Origin: Paraphysomonas bandaiensis
Lineage: Eukaryota > Protista > Chrysophyceae
Length of the DNA stretch: 31,093 nucleotides
NCBI GenBank assembly: GCA_965644295.1
Contig: CBFFRP010000160.1
Location: 1-31,093, forward strand
Direction: 5' to 3'
Below are positions 8,201 to 19,300 of the stretch, one piece after another (the first letter of the stretch is position 1; each line of letters opens with the position of its first letter). Position numbers and translations under genes: made by a program. Below the pieces are notes generated by a model. The model saw only the letters and a program-made list of their open reading frames with translations, ran no database searches and was not told where the DNA came from.

Positions 8201-9980
8201 TAACCCGCCAGCTGCTATAAGCAAGAGGGTACGAACCCAAAGAGTGATGACCAACGTGTCTACTCTGGGTGAAATCAACTTCCTGTGTGGGGAAGATGCC
8301 GTTAATATGTGTAAGGCAAGTGATGACTCATTGATTACTGACCCGTCTGATTATAGGGAGCCTGAGTCATACGAAGAGTCTCTTCAGTGTAGTGATGCAG
8401 ACAAATGGAAGGAGGCGCGCAGATTAGAACGGAATGCACTTTTTCAGCGTGAAGTGTTTGAAGTAGTAGAAACTCCGCCTGATGCACGACCTCTTAAATC
8501 TCGTTACGTATATAAGCGAAAGTACAATAAGGATGGCTCCATCAAGAAGCATAAAGCACGACTTGTAGCACTTGGGTACGGTCAACAATCTGGCGTCGAT
8601 GTGGACAACACATTTGCCCCTGTAGTCAAGAGTATATCTGTTCGGTTGATTCTGGCGTTGGCTCTTGTGTTCAGTATGTTTGTGCATCAACTCGATGTCT
8701 CCAGTGCGTTCTGTCATGCCGATATTGAAGGCGACGTTTACATGAATCCTACTCCAGATTTTCAACTTCCACCTGGACATTGTTTTAAATTGAAGAAATC
8801 TCTATATGGACTCCGTAGTTCACCACGATCATGGTGGAAAACCATAAACAAGTTCATCAAATCCTTGGGATTTCGACCGTGTGTGTTAGAACCTTGCTTG
8901 TATCATGCTGTATATAAAGGTCATAAAGTGTATCTCACCATATATGTGGATGACATCGTCATCGCATGTGCTGACCTTAATATTATTACAGAAATAAAAG
9001 CTAGATTCTGCGAACGATTCGACATGACGGATATGGGAGCCGTTGAACATTTCCTGAATGTTCGTGTCACGCGAGGACAGGATTTCATTCAGCTGGATCA
9101 GCAGACATATGCGGAGAAAATTCTTCTCAAATTCGCTGATTTCCTCGGTCCCTCATCAAAAATCCGAAAGTCGCCGCTACCCCTCGATGCAATGGACAGA
9201 ATTAATCAAGCAGACAGCGATCTCACACCTGAGGAGAAAGAGGGAGTAGATAATTATCCTTATCGCAGCCTACTGGGTGCCATGTTATATCTATCTATGA
9301 ATACTCGCCCTGATATTGCATATGCAGTTGGTTTGTTATCTAGATATGCATCTAAGCCTACCCGGGCTACATGTTATTTAATGACGTACCTATTGCAGTA
9401 CGTTAGGGGTACAGTTCGAAAGGGTATTCGGTTCAGTAGTAAGCACTTCGACATGCACATCTTTACTGATGCAGACTGGGCTGGCGATGTGGTGTCACGC
9501 CGATCTACGACTGGATACATAGTATTTGCCGCCGGTGGACCACTTATCTGGCAGTCCATTTTACAGGCTACCGTTTCAACGTCATCAATGCAAAGTGAGT
9601 ATCAGGCTATGTATGCTGGCATGCAAGAACTGGTATGGCTTCGGGGGGTGTTGGACGAATTAGGACTCCGTCTACGCGAACCCACACCATTTTTCTTGGA
9701 TAGCCAGAGTGCTCGTGACTTAGCATTGAATCCGGTGTTCCATAAGCGTTCAAAACACATCGAGATCAAATACCATTGGGTTAGGGAACACGTAGATCCA
9801 GATGGCCTCTTTAACACTGCCATATTGTACCACGTTGGAACAGATGATCAGACAGCAGACATATTCACGAAATCGTTGTGTGGTGTAACTTTCGAGAAAC
9901 ACAGGAAGAGATGCCTAGGAGAGGATCGAAAATCATCTGTTGAGGTTATTAGAGAAAAGACGTTCAAACGACGTAAGTGA
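5214..9980 (+). CDS. Copia Gag-Pol polyprotein (Gag with two Zn knuckles, PR, IN, RT, RNase H)
   Basis: Knuckles CSYSKCGKRGHTQKNC and CFVCGVSGHRAHEC. PR FLDSCAS. LLHKRCGH..CKAC. IN core VDIG/DVAT/HADGG/ERRFRT. RT KARLVA, HQLDVSSAF, SLYGL, IYVDD. RH TDADWAG, SEY, DSQSA, ADIFTK. Confidence 0.97.
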   Translation: MSNLDMVADGSSASSSEWKHLPKFDQFGVVNWTKRLRVWLMRKNRNHLGLEERPHRPADNASTAVKNKYKEDLDKWLERKDTCISSIFEAVQPVAEALEIVDQYFREKDMLPPDDPDKEMLASELVNKLVIRFRGETQYELVELNKQFASFRILQGELVCTAIDRLNGIVQKMTELGEPPTDVSKKTKLQTALETRKDLEQLYTNIYLKGDISFNEMITICRRFDQAKGLPQESSAPEVHWNSSDQEVTCSYSKCGKRGHTQKNCWMKKKDLKISQMKRNGKNKHRREQSESKRSKSKNGADDDGCFVCGVSGHRAHECRHRAQVRKTRKAEDSVNKKRHFSEKNGTMERPIKKSSDWNRYLQRDEQEDDSVHMLLYDESSNLEVNVADEVLHTSEDIVFLDSCASKQLFIIKNSDILQTFVADEGAIQTTKAGSSLRYTGSGNYGDWTKLKVCPDSVKNICSGGMLRTLGYGLQLLETPKIVRLDNAEVVLEARYSDNGMPFVDLKDLLELPDLTSLAAEVHLSDKTNEDPLELLHKRCGHVSKRKLLEAFKHRLFTGSGLNRSHLSKKSLQKTKGICKACAKSKITRISFPGKSDEELQATRFLEKVTVDIGVYFNCPSRQGYRYVLALTDVATKECWEFPLKTRTASEVLEHIRNWVEVLLPKYPGVHRLSVYHADGGAELIDKSIQEYLHSKFGTSITWSSTDSPEMNGVSERRFRTAGEMTLAMLSDAGFPVPFWWDAYVYASEIIRMMPTRTYRGWMSPMECVPGGSVPDLSSLRRWGCKAYVKTPRGDRRKNWQGKSQIGYFLGLSKKKRGYRIWLGESEVVSIHVLFDESIPPREKEYFEELEAALVKHDPQARQVEEFNHLIGSYHTDEGFLFRTTRVVVRKGLIVAYRALVTAGREQLEEKTPIHIADVVKLTQSYNLRRWHENPATRDDGAGGEERSMPAGGGTPKQSTADDSSGSEQTPCALPERSVSTSSRETSVCVPSSQTANPPAAISKRVRTQRVMTNVSTLGEINFLCGEDAVNMCKASDDSLITDPSDYREPESYEESLQCSDADKWKEARRLERNALFQREVFEVVETPPDARPLKSRYVYKRKYNKDGSIKKHKARLVALGYGQQSGVDVDNTFAPVVKSISVRLILALALVFSMFVHQLDVSSAFCHADIEGDVYMNPTPDFQLPPGHCFKLKKSLYGLRSSPRSWWKTINKFIKSLGFRPCVLEPCLYHAVYKGHKVYLTIYVDDIVIACADLNIITEIKARFCERFDMTDMGAVEHFLNVRVTRGQDFIQLDQQTYAEKILLKFADFLGPSSKIRKSPLPLDAMDRINQADSDLTPEEKEGVDNYPYRSLLGAMLYLSMNTRPDIAYAVGLLSRYASKPTRATCYLMTYLLQYVRGTVRKGIRFSSKHFDMHIFTDADWAGDVVSRRSTTGYIVFAAGGPLIWQSILQATVSTSSMQSEYQAMYAGMQELVWLRGVLDELGLRLREPTPFFLDSQSARDLALNPVFHKRSKHIEIKYHWVREHVDPDGLFNTAILYHVGTDDQTADIFTKSLCGVTFEKHRKRCLGEDRKSSVEVIREKTFKRRK
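5230..5243 (+). other. Primer binding site (probably tRNAi-Met)
   Basis: TGGTAGCAGACGGT directly after the LTR. TGGTAGCAGA is complementary to the typical eukaryotic initiator tRNA 3' end (...UCUGCUACCA). Confidence 0.8.
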
Positions 9981-10114
9981 TCAGTTGACTGTGCTGTGAG
10001 ACTAGCTGAAATGTCGGAGTCATACGTCCACCTGTTTGTCCTGTTTGGTTTCGGTGGTTGCGTATCCGTCAGTTATGTCTTGTGATGTGAAGAGTCTATC
10101 TACAGCTTTGAATT

Positions 10115-10123
10115 GAGAGGGAG
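10115..10123 (+). other. Polypurine tract of Copia-B
   Basis: GAGAGGGAG immediately before the TG of the 3' LTR. Confidence 0.9.
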
Positions 10124-10442
10124 TGTTGAGTTCTGCTATATGAGAGCAATTGAAAGCTGTAGTTATAAGGTATTTAAATTACTGTATTATACAGTTGTAG
10201 TCTTGTTAATCGTATTGTGAGAATGAATGACGATAAGCACATAGCGGTAAAACGGAATATTGTGACGATGCAAGTTGTAGTGACGATGTAAGATCGTCGT
10301 ACGAGAAATGAGTGGTAGTGGAGACAACATGATATTGATGAATGATAAGAGACATTGATTATAATTTATAATTCTCAGCTTTGAGTATAAGTTACCTTCT
10401 GTTGTTAAGTTAATACTTCTCATATAATGTCAAACCTTGACA
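10124..10442 (+). repeat. 3' LTR of Copia-B
   Basis: Direct repeat of 4911-5229, followed by the TSD CGTAG. Confidence 0.97.
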
Positions 10443-10447
10443 CGTAG

Positions 10448-10676
10448 AGCAAAGTTAACTTCAGTGAAATGTCCATTGTTAACATCGAGTGGTGGTTGCG
10501 TATCAAACGAATTCAACAACGTAATCACACTATACATAAGGTTTCCTCTACTACAATCTAACTCATCGTCCGTCGACGCCGTCCACATAAAAAACATGAA
10601 CCTGAATAGAACGGATATAATTCAAATATCTTAGAAGCTACAGCTTTTAATTGCTCACATACAGCAAAACTCAACA
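10448..10676 (-). repeat. Inverted LTR (LTR-D) of a Copia-B-related family, interrupted by Copia-B and probably continuing at 4888-4910
   Basis: The minus strand from 10676 reads TGTTGAGTTTTGCTGTATGTGAGCAATTAAAAGCTGTAG, versus Copia-B LTR TGTTGAGTTCTGCTATATGAGAGCAATTGAAAGCTGTAG. The distal end shares AAGTTAA and AACCTTG with the Copia-B LTR end. Confidence 0.6.
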
Positions 10677-11026
10677 ATCTAAGCACGACATGAAGTCTAA
10701 CCGCCCAGTACTTCAACATCGCTGGGAAACCAAGTCATAATCACTAACATAATAACCATATTTACCTTTTAGTCAATTTTATTGGTGATATGAAAACATA
10801 ACGCACTAAATAAACATCACAATGTACATTACGCGCAAACAATTTGAGCCAAGTTTGCCACGCAGTCACGAAAGGAGGCCAAGCCAACTAAATACAGTGG
10901 TGGTTGCGTATCAAACGACTTCAACAACGTAATCACACTATACATAAGGTTTCCTCTACTACAATCTAACTCATCGTCCGTCGACGCCGTCCACATAAAA
11001 AACATGAACCTGAATAGAACACGGAT
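10488..11026. repeat. ~130-bp near-identical direct duplication (10488-10616 and 10896-11026)
   Basis: One substitution (GAATTC/GACTTC) and one 2-nt indel. The second copy abuts the kinase stop codon. Confidence 0.95.
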
Positions 11027-11028
11027 TA

Positions 11029-13695
11029 TTAGGTCTGCTCATAGGGTCTTGCGAAGTATTTCTCGTTGACTATGTTTGTAGCTGTTGACATAACTACCTC
11101 AAGGGGCAACCGTAGTTGTCGAGCCAGATGTTTCCAATGCTTTTTTCCTGTATGGAAATTCGGAAGGGGTGTCATGGGCTCATTGGCTGACTTAAAGAAA
11201 GTCCGACTCGACCGAAGTGACCGGAAAGATCCTCCACTGGCGCTCGCATAACCACCTCGACTACTACCCCCGTTACTCTCGGTACCGCGGCGCTTTAACT
11301 TCTCTTGCTTGTACGTAGCCACCATCTGATCATACTTCAGCTCGGTCTTTTCCAGAACCCTTTCGAGATGCTCCAGGCGTACTGCTGTAAGCAATACACC
11401 TTCACCACTCTGTTCCAGTGTAGCCCCGTTGTCGGCCTCGAACTCACCGTATACCACAGCACTTGGGTTGGACGGTAGCTGTGCTTTCGACTGGGCAGCC
11501 CTGGAGAGCATAGTCAACCGTGATAGTCCGCTATCTTGAGAACTACGTGTGGTGGCTGTGCGATCAAGGGGATCTCCTCCAGAGGCCGTACTCATCCTAA
11601 GGGTGGAATTTTGGCCTGGAGGGAGCACGCATTCGTCTTCAGTGGACTCCATCGACAACAGCCCACCATGACTGCCATGCATGTCATTTTCGCTGGCACC
11701 CCTTAAGATTTCGGAATGCCTAAGAAAAAAGGGATGCTGTAAGAGCATAGTGACCGTAGGTCGATCTTTCGGGTCTTTCTGTAAGCAGGCGTTCATCATT
11801 AGGTTGAAATCCGAAGAGAAGTCCTCTCCCAATTCTGGTATATCGTCGTCGCATATAAGTCGAACCAGGTCCCAGTATCCTACCGCCATGCTACCGTCAG
11901 GAGAGAGTGGATATCTCCCTTGAACTACAGCCAACAGAGTTAGGCCAAAGGACCAAATGTCCCCAGGGAAGCTATACTTATCATTAGAGATACGCTCTGG
12001 TGCCTGTAGTCGAGATATGAAAATGCGTGAGAATAGCACTTGCAGATATATATAACTCAGAGATTTACTAAGCAACAACGCACAGATGTGTGTATAAGCA
12101 TATGTAGCTATGCATACATCCTGTCCATAAATATGACAACACAGAAGTCGCACCATGTAACACATAGTCCCAACAAATGAGTTCGGCTGGTTAAAGTCGT
12201 TCTTAGTATCCATAGCCTTTGATATACCAAAATCTGCGATTTTAACTACACCATTGCAGTTCATGAGGATATTGCCAGGTTTGATGTCCCTGTTGCATCC
12301 GTCAGTCAGAAAAAACAGACAAAGTATAGATGCAAAGATTGCACACCTGTGCAGCTGTCCGTTCTTGTGTAGGAACCCAAGTCCTAGCAACACCTGGTGG
12401 GCGATGTCAGCTAACACACCCTCGTCACGACAACCGCCGTTATCAACCACATCCTGTAGAGAACCTCCATCCATATATTCAACAACGAGGTTTACCATTC
12501 CGCTCATTGGATCCAGGAAAGCTACACATGCAAGAAGTAATCAGTAACATGCATAGCATAGTACACTGTAGCGGTCACGACACACACACCGGAGATAGAC
12601 ACAACGTGGGTTAGAAACACAAAGGCTATAAATAAAAGACGTTTATAGATGTGAATTCTCACCATCGTACATAGCAAGGACTTGTGGGCACTTGCTTATC
12701 ACTTCGCTATTTGTAACATCCTCTTCCTTTTTAGAACACCCTGCAGACATGGACCCAGGTCCAACCGGGTTAATCTTGGGTGTTACTGTCTCTGGTGCTA
12801 CGGCCTGAGGGCTGGCCTCGCATCGATTTTCCTCGTCCTCGTCGCCTTCGTCCAGTGCAGAATCAATCAGCCTAAGTTCTGCAAGATTTTGGTAAAGTAC
12901 ACCGAGCTCGGATGCGATATGGTGGAGGTCATCCGCATCGTATATGGGTAGCATCTTGAGGGCAACTATCGTAAGGGTGGGAATATGGAGTGCCTCCAAT
13001 ACGCTTCCCGAAGCCCCCCGGCCTAGAGATCCCACGAGGACAAAGTCAGATCGCCCCGCAGTAAGAAAGTGAAACGGTCCCATTGCATCTCCTGCACTCT
13101 GTATCCCTTTTTCATTTATCTCGAACCCTCCAATATGCACCGCCCCACTTGGAGAAAGACGTGCCATATCACGGGGTGTTCTCTGTGCCGCGGTACCCCC
13201 CGAACCGTTCAGTACGCTGTCCGCGGCGTCCGAGACTATTATATTTAACTTGGGCTTCATGCGGTTCTTAGGGGCCGTGGGAGCAGCCGTTTTGCAGGAC
13301 AAGGAACGGGTTGACATCTTTTCATCATCCGAGGCGTGAGACCGGGACGACAAACGCTCATCATGTTTGGAACTTGAACCGGTGTACTTGTGGCTCAATC
13401 CATGGATTGTGCTACTTTTACTTCCCGCTATACTATCGTACTTAGTACTTATTCTGTTGGTCTCCAGTGTCTGGGAGAGCTGTAGCATTGCCAGACTACG
13501 CACCGAACCCTCGCTCACAGTTAGTTTCTTACTCACTCTGAGGCTGCCATATGTCTCCCTCAAGTTCTGATATATTTCTTTATCATCCAATCCTTCCATT
13601 TGAAGGCGCCTGAAGGTCGTACTGAGTCCCCCATCAGCTAGACTCCTCTTTTGCTCTAAAGATATTGGTGTGTCGGTCGAAGCACCCGCACCCAT
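11029..13695 (-). CDS. MAP kinase kinase (STE7/MEK family), 4 exons: 13695-12663, 12521-12347, 12289-12154, 12003-11029
   Basis: GSLGRGASG, VALK, EYMDGGSL, HR/DIKPGN, DFG, SFVGT.CYM/APERI, DIWSFG, G.YP, docking-like KNRMKPKLNI. GT-AG introns at 12522-12662, 12290-12346 and 12004-12153 restore the canonical motifs. Confidence 0.9.
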
Positions 13696-15926
13696 AGTAT
13701 ATATATATATCGATTCACACAATCGTATAGATACAATGAAAAATATTCCTCTTATGACATAAATATCAAAATTATATAATGACTGTTATTTTAGTTAATG
13801 TAATTAACTCCACTACATACTATCTCGCATTTCGAATATACAATTGACCCCACAGCACAAGTTTAATTTAAGGCTTGAGTTCTGTCTTACGTGCCAGGTG
13901 AAACATACTCTGCATTGCCTCTTATACTTATAAAAATGGCTCAATATTGAACGAATTTATTCACATATCACTTGATTATTTCAAGTGTTGTAGGTGGTGT
14001 TGAATACATAGTTAGATATGTATGTCAATCTGCACTGCTATTCCCTCACAAGAAAAAGATTGATGTTGGAGGTTTCAACTTCATCCATATTATTCTTCAC
14101 CACAAAAATCAATGCTGTAAGTGTTTCACTACCAAGAACACCACTATTTAACAGTAAAAAAACAAACATTTCTAGATTTCAAGATTTTTATGATATACTG
14201 TACTTGTGCTGTATGTATTATTTGTGTAATACGGTGTATTCTAGAATACAGTCATGCCACTATAATCATGTACACCACAAGCACGAGTTGCACATCTCTG
14301 CTGTCATATCTTTGCTATATATGTGGCTTTTTGAGATTATGATGCTGTTAGTGGTTAAAACTTCACATATAGATTACACTTGAGTTCTCTATGGACTAGA
14401 CCTGAGTGTATGCGTATCAATGAAGAGACATCTAATTGAAGGAACATGTCTACTACAAACTGTCCAGAGCGGTTCCACCTTCCCCTAGAGGCTTATTGGC
14501 TTCATTCCTGATATTCTTCTTACAAAATAGGCGAAATCTGCGACTATTGACTGTAACCTCATTGCGAGAGTCGTTACCATACAGAACCGTCTCTCTGGTA
14601 TCTTACTACTTGGGTTGAGAAGGAAGGCACAACTCCAGGACATGGGCACATAACACAATTACATTTTTATCGGTACTGATCGGGCTTTTCTGCTTGTTGC
14701 CCATTGGCGTGATTGTATCACAATGCAAGTCTGTTGCTGCTTTAGTAGTGTTATATTCACCGTGTTGTAACGATACAACTGTGCGTATGACACTGTCATT
14801 CATATCATATGGTGGTATTCATTTAATTAATTTCTTGTAAATTACCATTTTCATATTACAAACTGCTCGTTATATATGCCATACCGTACGGTGCTTATCT
14901 ACCGTCCACCGTCACGTATGGGAAGCAATTGGCGAGAAAATGGCGGTGGTAATATGAAGCGCTGTAGGAGTCGTAAATAAGGGGTCTTATGGAATTCTTG
15001 GGCCATGTAAGTGTTGTTGCGATATTAGTGACTCTGCGAACAATATCGGAACCGTATATATCCGCCTTTGAACAATATAAATAGTTTAAAGAGAATATTT
15101 ACTTTCATGACTGAAGGCGATTCCCTTTCAGTTTATTCGCTACATGAGTGTAGATTGTCCAAAGAGTGATGACACAACACAGACCATCAAATTCATCAGC
15201 TGTTATATTCAACGAAGAAGTCGCACGACCTACGAAAGCATCGCCATTGGCTTCCGAAAACATATAGCAGTCCTGAGTTCTGCCTACTACTTGACCAGCT
15301 CTCAAGAAACTTGAGTTCTACTAGGACCGCCAAGTTTGGATATTGAAATCGATTCTGCAAACTTCCGATAGCCATGAATTCCTATATCTTCCCTTGCGCA
15401 ACCAAGACCCAATGATTTATCGATTTCGCTTCTGTCTGTATCGACAAGAAAATAGTAATATCGAAGAAAAATTAAATTTTAGCATCTTCGACACTGGTTC
15501 GATGAATACAGGAAACATATACTGCCAGACCTCATAGAGGACAATTTTTTCTAGAGCAAATGGAATTTTTTCATAATTGCGCTTGATATCACTTGTCATG
15601 GTTCCTGCTTGATCAGACTTTGTGGTTCCAAATTTAGTAGTAATTGTCTGTTTATTTCAGGGCCTGGTAACCATTAATGGTAATGCCATATTCTAATTGA
15701 CGGGACATTTTTAATTAATGCCATTATAATTGCCGGTAACCGGACTACCATTAATGACCTGTACTGCTATATATAGAACTGAGCGTTTTAAGATAATAGA
15801 ATATAGTATCTCCTCTATACTCCGAGGAAACTCTAAACAATATTAGACAACAATGTTCATGTAACTCTACAGGCACTCTGTGGCAACCTTGTTCACTATC
15901 TTCTCAATGCATTCTAGAGTTAGAGA

Positions 15927-16091
15927 ATAGTTTCCTGAGCGATATGCATAGCAACGTACCCATATACCCAAAAACTCTAAAATAATCATTGAAAATGTGC
16001 ATATTTCACCTAGAAACATTCATAAAAGCACTATTTTTCCCAAAGTTGAAAGAAGCTACAGTATACAACTAAGCAAAGTAATATTATACTC
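15927..16091. repeat. 165-bp direct duplication flanking Copia-C (second copy 25305-25469)
   Basis: ATAGTTTCCTGAGCG...ATTATACTC is identical on both sides and abuts both LTRs. Confidence 0.95.
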
Positions 16092-16347
16092 GATTTAAGC
16101 TTATTAGTAAAACAATGTTGTGATTATTAGAGTGTAAGTAATAAACACGATAGAGTGAAAATTATAAATAACAATATAGAACGTACTATCATGCACAACG
16201 GAATAGTTAGAAGTGTAACTGATAATGACGACGTTATGATGACGATCACGTATCTTCGACAGATACTCTCTCTAATTCAGTTCATGGTATATTTCATTGA
16301 ACATTATAACTCACAGATACAATCATGTATTAAGCTGAATCCTAATA
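16092..16347 (-). repeat. 3' LTR of Copia-C (U5 end clipped)
   Basis: Matches 25050-25304 and is preceded on the minus strand by the PPT. Confidence 0.93.
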
Positions 16348-19300
16348 CGCCCCCTCAATGAAATAATCAGTGAATCGTAGATAATAGAGAGAATATGAAC
16401 TTATGCACACTGAGAGTAAAAACCAGAGTAGCAGTCACTAGTCAATAATAAGCGAACTGCAGAGATGCCATATTGTGAGACCATCCTTCTAGTCCAGCAT
16501 CATGTATTGAATAAAAATAAAAAAAATGGTAAAAACTCCGTGTAACTCAAACTAGCCACCTAGGTCGCTTGTGGCTTGTTAATTGTGATTTAGGTGTCTC
16601 TGAGGTTGTTGATCGCTTTCTGTTGCTGCTGGATGGGATGTCGAACCCAGCTCCCCCCATCAATGTAGTTCGCAATTGAAGAAAATTAGTTGTTCCTAGT
16701 GGTTTCGTGAGAAGATCGGCTAACATTGACGTGGTGGGAATATGGTCAACAGTCAATTGGTTTTCGGCAATATTTTCTCGAATGAAATGATACCGTATCG
16801 CAATATGTTTCGTACGACGATGATGAGTAGGATTGTAACATAATTGGACTGCCCCTTTATTATCGCACCAAATAGTTGTTGAGAATGGAAGTTTGAAACC
16901 AATTTCTGATAATAAAGAGCGTAGCCATAATGCTTCCTGAGCTGCTGACGATAGAGCCATATACTCAGCTTCAGTAGATGACAATGCCACAGTTGTCTGT
17001 AATCGAGATTGCCATGATATAAGACAATTACCTATGAAGAATGTAAAAGCTGTAGTGGACCGTCGAGTGAGGTGACATCGTGCCCAATCGCTATCGCAGT
17101 ATCCTGACAATGTTATGTGGGATCCAGAATATATCAATCCTTGCTTAGCAGTGCCTTTGAGATACCTAAGAACATGTAACGCAGCATTACAGGTAGTTAG
17201 ATTAGGCATATCAGAAAATCTGGCAAGAGTATTGACTGCGTAGGCGATATCCGGTCGAGTGCATACAGCTAGATACATCAGGGAACCTATGAGCTCCTTG
17301 TAGGGGAAATTCTGAACATAACTTTGATTTGACTCTGAAAGATGATTGTATTCATGTAAATCATAGTTGAAAGACAGTAACATAGGTGTTGACATGGGTT
17401 TACTGTTGGACATGTTGAATTTGTCCAGCAGTTTTCTGACATACTGCTCCTGACTGAGAGTCGTGATATTTTTGTCAAAATCTTGATGAATGGAGATGCC
17501 CAAGTAATAATCTAGGAGTCCGAGATCCGTAATTTCGAACTTTTTGGATAAATGATCTTTGAATTGTTGGATATCAGTGTCGGATGTAGATGCTATAATA
17601 ATATCGTCCACATACATGGCTATTAGCATAATCCTGCCATTAATCTGCTTTTTGAATATACACGGGTCAGATATTAGTCTGGTGAAACCCATATCTAGCA
17701 TAAAATTTGTACAGCACTTATACCAGTTAAGACCTGCTTGCTTTAGACCATAGATGCTTTTCATCAGTTTGAGGACTTTTCCGTCAGGGACGTCCATGCC
17801 AGGAGGGGGATACATGTATATGTCCTCTTCGAGGTCAGCATTGATGTACGCAGTTGTGAAATCGATTTGGTGCAATTTGAGTTTCATAATAGTCGAAAGG
17901 GCAATAATTGTACGTAGGGATGTAGCCTTCGCGACGGGGCTGTATGTATCATTGTAATCGATGCCTTGGATTTGAGTAAAACCCTGTGCGACTAGTCGAG
18001 CCTTGAATTTGATATCATTCTGTTTTCTTTTTATTTTGAATATGAGTTTCCCCTTTATGGCTCTTGCTCCAGGTGGTAACGCAGTGTATCTCCAGCACCC
18101 TTTCCTCTGAAGAGTGGATATTTCTCTGTTGATAGCATCGATCCACTGCTGTTTATATTTACCTGAAATAGCATCTTGAACACTCTTTGGTGTATCAGTT
18201 AGCTCGTCAATGTCATCGCAATTACTGATAGCATGCATAACAATATCAATATTGTTAGTATGTAATTTTGATATACATTGTGTGTCATGTGCCATATGAT
18301 TTACTACATGTTTAGCATTTACATCACATGTATATACACCATCACCAAGTTTATGTATATTTACGATTACCCGTTTCCTGGCCATTCTCCTGCTTCGGAG
18401 AACACTCTTTCTACCAGCTAAAAATTGTTGTTTTGCTGTAGCACGGACCTTACTTGGCCCTTCAGGTGTACCCTGATTTTCCCAATCTCCCGATGAATCA
18501 GCAGGCTTGTTGCAGCGTTTGGCCACACGCTGACGCACACGATCCACTTGACCGTGTGGTGCCGGATTCGGCACTAGATTCCCATTGAATTGTTTCGAAG
18601 GGCGAGTCTTCGCTATCTTTGCATCGGAGTGGGTAGGTTCACACCGATGGCTGCTGATTCTCTCCTGCGCGGCATCATGATGTCTTCGATTCACGCCACT
18701 CCCCCTGGAAGTAGCGGCTGGCGCTGGAGATCCATTAACTGTATCGGGGTCTCGATCTGATTTGCTGGATTTATGTATTGGGGTTTTCGATCGAGAAGTA
18801 TTACATTTGAGACCAACTGCTTTGAGTTCTATGTATTCTTCAGTGTACTTTTCGACGTCTGCAGCATGAATGGGGTCGTCGAGCTGGATGAGTCGTGTCT
18901 TGTCACCGCTGTCGTCCACTAGACCACGATACGCTGCGATTAATCCTTTTCTGAGCTTTATTTGAGTTGTTACATATGTTAATCCATCGTCTGGATCTAC
19001 ATGAGCTAGACCTATGAGATATTTGAAACTTTCTACTGTCCTGGAGGTCTCATTCTCTCTGAAGATCTCATTTATCTCTTTAAAATATCTCTTATCCGCT
19101 GGTGGAACACATTCGTTGAAAAATACATGTCCTGATATAACAAAATCTCTTAATGCGGGAACAAAGACTATATATCCAGGACCATCCTCTCGATAGCCCA
19201 TAAAATACCCAGGCCAGCTATGTCTGTCCCAATTGTTCTTTCGGAGACTGGAATCGATATTCACAAAGCATTTACATCCCCATATTCTGGCATAACTCAA

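Larger units (their letters stand above)
4911..10442 (+). mobile_element. Full-length intact Ty1/Copia LTR retrotransposon (Copia-B)
   Basis: LTRs at 4911-5229 and 10124-10442 (TG...CA, 319 bp, no differences seen), 5-bp TSD CGTAG (4906-4910 and 10443-10447), PBS at 5230, PPT at 10115-10123, one uninterrupted ORF. Confidence 0.97.

Noticed and set aside
440-9823. Many antisense and alternative-frame ORFs over the pol genes
   Set aside because: Typical shadow ORFs of long coding regions, with no independent evidence.
14018-15600. Short ORFs upstream of the kinase
   Set aside because: No recognisable motifs, and the composition fits intergenic or decayed sequence.
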